A DNA stretch of 64,000 nucleotides from Guillardia theta CCMP2712. Its lineage: Eukaryota; Protista; Cryptophyta. Where the stretch lies: the NCBI RefSeq assembly GCF_000315625.1, contig NW_005434661.1, positions 484,878 through 548,877 of the forward strand, read 5' to 3'. The position numbers and the translations under genes were made by a program. A model generated the notes under the pieces. The model made no database searches. It worked only from the letters and a program-made list of their open reading frames with translations, and was not told where the DNA came from. Below are positions 47,779-58,189 of this stretch, one piece after another. Every line of letters starts with the position of its first letter. The stretch's first letter is position 1.

Positions 47779-49585
47779 CTAGGCTGTCAGTGCGGTGAGA
47801 CAAGCTGACAGTGATACCTGTACCTCGTCGAGATGTTCTATCATGCCATGCACCTCCTCAACTACACAGTTTCCAAGGCAGGTGCGCTAGACCTGCATGA
47901 AGCCCAGTACTGCGCGTTAGCTGGAAGTAGAGATGCAGGAGTGGTCTGCAACTGCGCGGCTCGAGCAAAGTCATGTCCGGAGCCATCGATCGTAGGCACT
48001 ACCCAGGGGTTTGCAGTGAAGCTTCCGAAGCTTGGAGACAGAGCCTCTGAAGCCGCGTTCATGAAGTCTCATCCCAACCTCGCGTACCTGGTCAGCTTTG
48101 CCTTGTCGATTATGTTCATCTGAATCTAAACTGCAGCACAAAAACCCATCGGTCAAAGGCAGGCTGGCTGTGGGATGCAGCACCATCAACAGTATCGCAG
48201 CTGCTGGACTGCCTGGATGTCCGTGAAGTCACTCAGTCTTTGATGGTTTACTTGTGTTGCTTGCCAAGACATGTCACAACGTGAGATTCCCCCTCGAGGT
48301 ATCGCTGGATCATAGCGATCTCTTCGCCTTCTCTCTCGCTTTTCGCCTCCTCCTCTCGCCGGCATGCCACATGCATCGCGTATGCCTTGTAGGCTTTGAT
48401 CTGTCAGCACTTTCACACTTGTGTCCCTCCTTTCCTTCCCTGCCTCACCCGCTGCTGCTTGTACCAGTCGTCCCCTTCCTCCATAACGCTCATGCTCTCG
48501 AACGCCACAGCGAGGTTCTTGAGCATGGCACTGGAGATGTGGGGGAGATGTCGGGAAGAGCATGCCATCATCTTGTTCGGTGTGAGAAGAGGGTCAGACG
48601 AGGAAAGAGAACCTGAGCAGCACAGGTCGTCGGAGCTTCTCTCCTCCATCCCGCCTTTTCCATTATCTCTCGACACCTGCCGCACTCTCCTGTCAGATGG
48701 GAAGCGCATGCCGCACGGGGTCGCCCTTGCAGGAAGATTGGGTTGCACTCGTCTCCTCGCGGAGTACCAGGGACAACTCCACAGACATCGGGGTCGAGAG
48801 CGTTCACCCGCTCCTCCTCGTTGCACTCTGACTCCAGGCACGGGAACGCGACCTTGCAGCGGGGAACCCCACTAGAAGGACGAGAGGAAGCAGGAGAAGC
48901 AGCAGGAGGAGGGAAGTGAAGGAGGAGGTGCGACGACAACTACTCGAATGTCAGGTAGAGACAGCAGAAGTTGAGGAGGGACCTGCATGAAGGAGTTGAT
49001 GACTTCAACCATCGCGATCCGCTCCCACGAGCCTCCCATGCGAGTCAAGATGGCCAGCAGCTGCTGCTCCTCACCTGCGTCCCACTCCCTCCCTCCCTCC
49101 GGCAACCTGGGTAGGCGGAGAGAGGAGTCGAGCAGCAACTCGCGAGGAGGAGGGGGGGAGGAGGAGATACGGCTAAGCATTCCTGAGGGGACGATGGCAT
49201 GTCGTTTCCTTTGCTCGTCTCAGCTCAGTCAGCAAGTCGAAGGAGGGGAGGACGTACGACAAGGAAGGGTCCAATGCCTCCAGCCCGCTGCTGAGGAGGA
49301 AGACGTGGGTAGCGCTGGGGAAGGTGAGGGAGGAGGAGGAGGAGGCTTGAGCTCGCAGAACCTGTTTGCCCGGAGAAGTTGGCTGAGGTTGTAGGCTCCC
49401 TGCTTACCTAGTGAGACGCTGAAGGTGGAGGAGAAGGAGGAGGAACCTGAGGGGGGGGGGAGAGACGAGTGAATCGTCGACCAGGGAAGGTCAAGTTAAG
49501 GTGATGAATGCTTGCTTGACGTGTATTGAACCATTCGTAGCTGTGAGGAGACGAGTCAGTGACATGAAGGAGATGGTATGACAGT

Positions 49586-49622
<37 letters not shown>

Positions 49623-52452
49623 GATCGAGTTAGCTGGGGGAAGATCACGTCGGAGACAGGAAGGGGAAAGCGTCTTCAAGAGGGCTCGAGGAGAGGGGGG
49701 GGAAGAGAGACTCGAGACGCGAGAGCGAGCGAGCGAGCGAGCGAGCGAGCGAGTGAGTGAGTGAGGGAGGGAGTGAGGGAGGGAGTGAGGGAGCAGCACA
49801 ACTCAACGTTGCCTGATATGCGAGAGGTCGAGTTGCTGGACGTCAGGCCGGGCATGTTCGCACTCCATGAGGTAGCGGATGATGTTGGTCTGCAGGTCCC
49901 CCTGCACAGCATGACGGAGGAAGAAACCTGAGAGTTGGACTCTACCTTGACTAGCACGACTCCTCCCTCCGGCACTGCGCTCAACATGTCGTGCCCGACC
50001 TGGAGGGTTCTCCTCTCATTCTCCTCCTCCCCACAGCATCCGCCACCGCCGCGATCACTACCAAACGCTCCTCCCCGCCTGCTCCTCTGTCTCCCTCTCC
50101 TGCTCCTCTCTTCATATATCACCTCCCACAACGTCCAATCGCGGCTCTTGTCGCATGCCTTCCAGTTCGTCGCAATCTGAAATGACATGCCCAGCAAACC
50201 GACCGAAATGACGAGAAACTTGAAACGAACACGTCAATGCTTCCTCCTCCCCCTCCTCTCCCCCCCCTCCCCCTCCCTCCCTCCTCCTCCTCCTCCTCCT
50301 CCTCACGATCCTCGCCTTATGTCTCTCCTGTCCTTTTGCCTCTCCCCATCATCACTAACACCAACACACCAGTTCTCATCTCCTCGACTCTCATCATTCT
50401 TTTTTCACCTCTTGTCTTCGCATTCCTTCCATCCAGTCGGCAGCAGAACTCGCTAGGAGGGCGAAGCCAACACCAACTAGACGAGGAGGATTCAGAGGAG
50501 GAGGAAACAACATCAGGTGACCGTAGAGATGGATGAAACAGTAGAGTTGCATCCAGAAGCGCGAGTGAACCTTCCTGTACCTTCCACGACACATCACGGT
50601 GGACCCCAACAAGTCAAGTCATCACAATTCACTGAGTGTGACGTGGGAGAGAGGGAGGTTGGCAAGGGAGTGAAAGCAGAGCAAGAAGTTCATCCAGGAC
50701 GCAAACAATGTCCAGCCCAGCGCTGACACGTCACAGGTTATGCTCTGCTCTCCTAGCCTCCTGATCTTGGAGCAAGTACCTCGCGTCCTCCGACATCGCA
50801 GCATCTCCCAGCACCCAACAAGAGCGAGCAAGACGCCGACGTGACCAGTCTGGACAGGAAGGTCGCACAAGAATAGACCTGATCATGATCAGATCAGACA
50901 AGGCATCATCTAGCGTGCGTCAAGACCAACTCCTTTCCTCAGGCTCTCCCACCCTTGCCGCTCCCCGTCACTTCCTGCAAACAACTTCCACGTCCCATAT
51001 TCCTCGCGGAGGACATGTTTGACCTGGACAGAGTCAGTCAGCCCTGCCGTCTTACTTGCTCAGCTTGCCCTCTCGTCTGTCTTACCATCCCACGCCATGT
51101 CGACGTGTCGCCCCATGCGCCACGCGGGGGATTCTGAGCAGCGAGGGCCAAGTAGAGGTAGGGGGAGAGGCCGAGAAGAAAATAGAAGAGGATCGTGACC
51201 AAGCACGATACCTGAAGTCATCTCAAGAGGCGTCGGAGCATGTTGTGAAGATTCTGACGATGAGAAGGAGGAAGAGAATCTGTTGGAGGAGCAGAAGAAC
51301 GAGCAAGAGAAGCAACAGCCAAGAAGAGGTCGGGTATGTAGAATTGCATTGTGATGAACGCACCCGCATCATCCGCTTCCTGCTGTGATACAAGACACCA
51401 CAGGCAAGAGGGAGAGCCACGAAGAGGATTATGTGCTGGTTCGTCATGCTCACTCCGAAGACGAAGGAGCCGACATAGGGGACGAGGGGAAGGCCGCCAG
51501 GCTCCAGCAGGTGATCGCATGTCATCTTGATCAAGCAGGAGACAAACAGGTTGTTGAGAGCGAAAACCTGTCAGATACATGATACTATGATACAAGGAAG
51601 ACACGAAGATGACAACAACTGCCACTTCCCCTTCCGTCTTCTCACAAGGACAATCAACGTCTCACCTCAGCCTGCACGCTGTGAGACCATACCAGCGGAC
51701 AGAAGGCATAGAAGCCCGCGGAGAGGTAAGCTGAGGAGAGCGCGATCGCTCTTGTGGTGACTGTTACCTGCGCTGCTTCAGACAAGGACGTGGAGGATCA
51801 GGGCTGAGGAGCAGAGGATGACCTCGAGATCATCCCAAGGTGTTGTTGAGCCCTCGCATGACACGTCAGCACAGACCACGAGCATGGTGCACCTTACAAG
51901 GTCACTGCGACGTTTCCTAGTGATATCGGTAGCGAGTCGTCTCACAGTGCTGAAGATGAGAGCTGCTGAAGCTGCCGAGGACAGGCCCGACAGCAGAGCA
52001 ACCTTGGCTGTCCAGGGAGATCAGATGCCTCCTGCTTGTCCTCGATGATGACACCACCTGCTGGCGTGCCGCAGGGGAGCCATGAAAGCAAGAAATGCCC
52101 CAGAACCTGCTCGGAAGCGAATGAGCTCGGCACCTCGATCCTCCCCTTGACGCTTCACCGTATGCAGAGGGTAACCAGGAGGGTGCGGGATGCCCAGGGT
52201 GCAAGCTAGGAAGGACATCAGAGTACAGGCACAACTTTGCTGCTGTCTCACCTGCCACGATCAGCTCGCCACTGTCCCCCCCATGAATGGTCTGATACTG
52301 CATCAGGAGCGTCAGGAGACAAGAAGCGCACTTCCCAGTGGGGGGTTGGAACCTGCGTTGAGCAGTAGATTGAGAAGCTGATCAGAAACATCGTCAACGA
52401 ATGGAAGTCAAATGCCATTGTGCAGGTGGTAGAGCAGGATGTTGTTGTTGTC

Positions 52453-52527
<75 letters not shown>

Positions 52528-52568
52528 ACGGTTTGAGGAGCCTTTCGAGGTTCAGAAGTCTCTGTCAT
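47779..52568 (-). CDS. TMEM260/DUF2723-like GT-C membrane glycosyltransferase with TPR-like C-terminus
   Basis: GGDSGELIVAACTLGIPHPPGYPL, VFALNNLF, GVSMTNQHIILF, LSPYLYL..AWGD, HVLREEYGT and MLKNLAVAF. Many introns; 3' end approximate. Confidence 0.85.
52455..52525. repeat. (GCT)n microsatellite at the 5' end of the TMEM260-like gene
   Basis: Directly visible; poly-Ala if coding. Confidence 0.9.
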
Positions 52569-52993
52569 CGCGGTTCCCGTTGGAAGCCGGGCCGCGTGAT
52601 ATCAACTTGCAGGCTGAAGTCTCAGGACAAGTGCCGTACCGGGCGTGCGAGGCCCTGAGATCATGCTCCGAGCACCAGGACCTCAAAGCTTCAAGGCTTG
52701 ACACCGTGGCATGCCGCCAGTCTCACAGCCGCCGCCGCTCACACGGTGACAGGGGCGACCGTCGGACACAGCGGTAGCCGCATGGCGATGAGTCTCTCAG
52801 TCAAGATGGCGTTGCACAAACTTGAAAGGAACTTGATAAGCCGTTACATTTACTCAGCGACCGTTACGGTTGCAAACTTGGCAAGTTGATCAGACCCGGC
52901 ACTGCGGCACTCCGGGGCGGGCCCGGGGCCCCTTCACGGTTCAGTTCGCCGCATGATTCCGAGTCCGGCGTAGCCTACTAGTGACTGCGGCTT

Positions 52994-53608
52994 TACTCAA
53001 AGTCAAAGATCAGTACCGGAGGACTTCCTTTACTCAAAGTTAAGTTAAAACTTGAACTTCATCCCCTGGCAGTACTAGCCGCTGAGGACCGTCCGACAAT
53101 CAGGAGAGTCGAGCCTCAGCGAGAGCCTTGACTTTGACACAGGCTGTCGCACTGGCCAAACGGGCGGCGAGACTGAGAAGAGACTCGAAAAGACAGCGAG
53201 AACCAAACTTCCCCCGGGCCCGGCAAACGCAGGACAATCCCGGGGGCCAGCCTCGGCGAAGCGGACACGCCGGTACGGGTACTCCGGGCCAGCCCGGGAC
53301 TCGGGCCTTGAGCTGACGAAAGATTCGAGGCTGGACCGGATGCGTTAGCAAGTCGGATCACCTGAGACGTCTTGCGAGGCCGCGAGCCTGAGAGACCATC
53401 CAGCGCAGCCGTTTCCGGAGGCTTGCAAGTTAGAAAAGACAGCGAGAACCAAACCTAATCCCGGCGCCGACTGCTGTCCCGCCGCCAAACTTAACTGATA
53501 CCTTGGCACTTAACAGCGCGCCGCTGAGGAACTTTCGGAACATCCGGCCCCGGGACACGCCTGATCGGACCGCACGGCGAGAACTGAGAGAAAAGACAGC
53601 GAGAACAA
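52994..53608 (+). mobile_element. Dispersed repeat copy C plus partial duplicated modules
   Basis: TACTCAAAGT starts at 52994 and 53031. AAAAGACAGCGAGAAC modules occur near 53188, 53434 and 53590. Colinear with copy B but interrupted by short insertions. Confidence 0.75.
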
Positions 53609-55572
53609 GTTCCGAAGTTCACTGAGTGACTCATCATCGGATCGCGCGACCCTCAGGGCCTCCCGGCGGTCCGATGGGACCACGACAGCCGTCACGCCTT
53701 TGACTCATGGTCTGCCGCGACCTCGGGGGATGTGACGGGGGGACCTGACCTCCGTTGAAGGGACCTGACTAGTCATTCCGGAAAAAAGTGACTTCTCATC
53801 AGGACACCCTACCCCTAGACTACCCCTCCCCCTGCCAAATTGTACCCCTCCGCTTCTATTACAACCCCAACGGATGAGGACCCCATTCGTAGAGTACCCC
53901 CTGATTCGTGAGAGATTTATTGGGATTGAGGGGGTATGGTACAAAAGTGTATTTTAAAGATGAGGAACGTGAGCCCTCAAACCCACCCCCCCGGAATTTG
54001 TCAATCCCACCAGCCCACCCCAAGGGCACATCCCAGATTTCAAACTGAAGGGAAAAAACGGCCTCTTTGGAGGGACCCACCCTCTGGATTCTCTCTTGTA
54101 AGTACCCCTCTCCATCCTCGGAAAAGATCCTTGAGTTTAGAAGGTGTCATTGTAAAAAGTCGTCGATTCAGAATGGACCCCATCTTTTGACGTGGATAAC
54201 CCACCCTCGTTCCACGATGCGACCCAGATCCCGTCATCAAATTTGAACTTTGCAACTGAAGTTTAAGGACCCGCCCTCCAAATTGATGATCCCTCACTAC
54301 CCCACCCCTGATATGAGAGCAGCCCCCGGTTGCCGCTACGGCAACGCGAGCACGTTCATAATAAAAGCAGCAATGACTACCTTTGTTCTCCACTACCCCT
54401 TCTTCCCTGACCCTACTGTCATCTCATATCTGAATCAGAAAATAGGTGGGTAGTACAAACAAAGAGAGTTGGCGGAAGGGGTGGTGGTACTCACCACCGG
54501 TGATGAAGAGGGTCGTACGGGAGGGATGTTGGAGTAGAGGAATAGAACCTGTGGGTGGTTCTGGCTGTCGGACTTTTAGGCTGCGCCGATGGGTGGGGTG
54601 GGGTAGTCATCGGTACCAACTTTGGTTTTACCTTGCTGTTCGTGCGAGGAGGCTCCATAAAGTACGGGTGGTAGGCATAGGTGGCAAGGGGTGATGGCAG
54701 TACGGGTGGTGTCACATACGTTGCTGACCACTCGGTCAAAACAACTGGGTGGGGTATATCAAGGTGGGGTGGGTGTTTGTTGGGTGGTCAAGATAGTTTG
54801 GCAATGGTGGGGGTGCAGAGATGATTCAAGATACACGTGGGTAGTAGAAAGTCACACGGCCACAAGTGCCAGGATGCAAGGAGGACCTTTTTGCATCGAT
54901 GATCGGAAAGAGATAATGATGAGGTAGACTATAGGGGGTAGGAGCCCTTGAGACTTTTCATTTTGTAAGTAGAAATTACACGGGTAGGTTGTTTGGCTAT
55001 GGGTCCATGATCGAGAGGGTGGAACGTGGAGATTTTGCAGGGTGTACGGGGGAGAGCAAAGGGGTGTGGGGTCTAGGTTGATGGGTGGGGTACCATTTAC
55101 AGGAGGTGGAGGTACATATATTTTTTTGTAGGGGGATAGGGGTGTATTTGGAGAGGGTGGGGGTACGGAACGTATCTGAAGGGGTAGGGTTCAGGGGGTA
55201 GGGTGGAAAGTGCGGCATTGGAGGAGCATTGGAGGAAAAGAGGAGGAACGAAGAAAGAGGCGTCAGGCGGTTCAGGGTCGAGCAGGTAGCTGATAGGAGA
55301 ACATCATCTGCTTCGAGATCCAGTTAAAGGAGATCTTGGAATACCAGCAGCGCAGGGAAGGTATTCTTGGTTCAACCAGGTCGAATCGGATCAAGGGAAT
55401 TTCCTAGTGTTTTGTGGAGTTGATCGAAATTACCACATCATCTGGACCATCTCAACAGGAATTGGACCAACAATTCATCTCGTGCGCGACGACAGATTCA
55501 TTGCTGTGCCAGAAGCATGAAAGGAGCATGCTGTTGAGAGAATCATAAAAACTGGAGATTTCCCTCGTGAAC

Positions 55573-56742
55573 ATGGATTGTCCCATGGAAGAAATTGATC
55601 TTCAAGCCAATAGGGATGCTGGCGTTATTGAAACTGAATCCAGATCAAATCTGCAAACAGAAAAGGTAACTGGCAAGGAGGGAAATGCCTTGCGCAACAC
55701 TGCATTTGTCAAACTTGAGGAAGTGGACGAAGTCAAAATCGTGGTGCAAGATTCTTGTAAGAGCACCAAGCTAAAAGACCAAGAGCAACATGAACAAAGC
55801 GTATGGCAGAAAATTTCGAATATTGATCCTCAAATATGGTGGGCGTTGATCGGAATACTGTTATTCATTGGTTTGGGAGCGATTTGTGGAACGCAGATCT
55901 ATGAAACAATCATAGAAGCGAAAGATTGGTTTGTTAACGAGATTCCTATCAGTATTATTTGGTACTCGGTGATGTTCTCGTTGTCTTCGGCTGTTATGCT
56001 ACCTTATGGTCCTTTCTGTATCTCAGTTGGCTATATTTATGGCTTCTGGTTTGGTTTGATTGTCCAAACAATTGCAATATTTACATCTTCAGCATTGATT
56101 TACTATATTGGGAGGATTGGCTTCAAGAGCAGAGTTGATCAGTACATGCAGAAGTACATCATATGGAAGGCGATGATGGCTGGGATTGAGAAGAGTACGT
56201 ATGAAGCGGCCAAGATCAACATACTGCTGTGCTTCGTTCCAATGCCTTACGGAGTGCATGCGTTTCTTTTCGCGCTATCGACCTGCCCCTTTGTGCCCTT
56301 CGTGATCAGCTTTGAGATCGGAATGATTGGGCACACGACGCTGAACCTGGCGATTGGGGACGCCCTGGCACAAGCAACTTCCGAGGGAACGGATCTGTAC
56401 ACCTTGATCGGAGCAATCTGTGGGGTGACGGCAATGATCTTTACGATCTGGTACGGCGGTGTGCTTACACAGAAGATGATGGATACTTACATCCAAGAGG
56501 GAGGAGAAGCTGACGGCACGCTTCTTCACAATGCTTCTATGCACGGTTCAGCCACCGAGGTTCAAGTTGTAAACAGCAGCTCGGAAGGATCTTCAACATG
56601 TCATGAGAACACTTCCTCGGACAGTAGCATTGACTTGGAGCAGAACATCTTAATTGCTGAAGTTGTGGAGGAGGGAGACATGGAAGGGGGGGACGGGAAG
56701 GCAGATGAGGAGGACGAGAAGAAGGGATTAACAGAAGGTTGA
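55573..56742 (+). CDS. VTT/DedA (SNARE-associated, Tvp38/TMEM64-like) membrane protein, intronless
   Basis: MLPYGPFCISVGYIYGFWFG...SALIYYIGR and LLCFVPMPYG, with several TM helices. Confidence 0.8.
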   Translation: MDCPMEEIDLQANRDAGVIETESRSNLQTEKVTGKEGNALRNTAFVKLEEVDEVKIVVQDSCKSTKLKDQEQHEQSVWQKISNIDPQIWWALIGILLFIGLGAICGTQIYETIIEAKDWFVNEIPISIIWYSVMFSLSSAVMLPYGPFCISVGYIYGFWFGLIVQTIAIFTSSALIYYIGRIGFKSRVDQYMQKYIIWKAMMAGIEKSTYEAAKINILLCFVPMPYGVHAFLFALSTCPFVPFVISFEIGMIGHTTLNLAIGDALAQATSEGTDLYTLIGAICGVTAMIFTIWYGGVLTQKMMDTYIQEGGEADGTLLHNASMHGSATEVQVVNSSSEGSSTCHENTSSDSSIDLEQNILIAEVVEEGDMEGGDGKADEEDEKKGLTEG

Positions 56743-57107
56743 GGTCAAGGCATATCATGTACAGCTTGATGATTTTTTCTGAAATTAAATCACCATGAAC
56801 GAATATTCTTCACGGCGACTTGAAACAATCAACTATGCTTTCATCTGCAAAATGTCTTCCCGATTGCGAGTTGTTGGGGCACGACTAGTTCTTGTCTTGT
56901 CTGCCTTGAAGGGTAGGGGTAGTTGGAAAAGGAGGTAGGGGGTACACAGATGTGGGTATGAGACTCACTATATGTCTGGTACCCACCAATTGACTCTACT
57001 GAGTACGGGTATTATTGGGTGCTCAAGGGAAGAATATGGTGGGGTATAAGAAAAGAAGGGTGGAGGTGGTAGATTGGTGGGGTCAGGGGTGGTGGGGACT
57101 GATCGCA

Positions 57108-58129
57108 ATGGAGGAGAAGATCTCGAGGGTGTATGAGGAGATGGAGAAGTTGAGGACGGAGAACTCCGCGCTGAACGACGAGATCAACGAGCTTCACCTC
57201 CTCCTCCTCGAACTTGGAGACCCTGACGAGAAGCCTCACCCCAAGCTGATCCTCCGAGGAGACACGTGGATCGTGGAGGGGCACGAGAGCACAGAGAACG
57301 AGCTGGTGGTGAACTGCTCCAAGGAGGAGAACGTCGAGATCGTCAAGTGCGATGGAGGGGAAGAATATTTCTGCATTAGGATACAGCCGATCGCCGGGAA
57401 GGTACCATGGTATGCGCGCCTTCAACCGAGATTTGACCCTTGCGCCACGTTCATCCCCTCAGGTACTCGTTGAGAACTGCAAGAAGCTCAAGGTATTCTG
57501 CAAGCTGAGTGAGATGGCGACCTCACATTCTCTTCCAGGTGGTGACGGAGTGTGTGCTGTACGAGATTGTCCTCTTCAACTGCGAGGTTCCTTCCTCCTG
57601 TCGAGCCCCACACGGGGTCGAAGCTCCTACTGACTTTGTCCTGCTGCTGCAGGACATAGTCCTGGTGGTCGGCGGGGAGTCTCCCTTCATCGAGCTCAAC
57701 AACTGCAAGGGCGTCGGTCTTCTCCTCTCGCACGAGAGCATGGATGGGCCGATCGAGCTCGTGGGTCAAGTCACCCCCTACGACCCTCCCTGCTGATTGC
57801 CACTTGACAGGTTCGGAGTGGGGGAGTCGTGCTGACCTCGCCTCTCATCTCGCGAGAGAAGGTGACGCACAAAATGTGAGGAGGAGGCTGACGCTGTCCG
57901 CTCGTCGCTCTGACGATCTGCTCCAGGGTCTGCACGTCGGAGGAGCTGGAGGCAGGGGACAGGTTGTGGTTCTGCGGTAGGAACTTGACAAGTGCGGGGT
58001 GTGGGATCAGACGCTGATGTTGAAGTCGCAGAGATGCCGTCGTATGTTCAGATGAGCTTCTGGAACGGCAAGTGGTACGCTCGACCGACGAGCAACGCGG
58101 ATAATCAGAGTTTGAGCTTCGAGTCATGA
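57108..58129 (+). CDS. C-CAP (cyclase-associated protein C-terminal beta-helix) domain protein with short N-terminal coiled coil
   Basis: PKLILRGDTWIVEGH, VEIVKC..IRI..GK, VLVENCKKL, EIVLFNCE and PFIELNNCKGVGLLLS. Confidence 0.7.
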
Positions 58130-58189
58130 GGCACAAGAATTGGGGCGGGTGACAACAAGGGGAGTTTCAATGTACATTATCAAACTTGC

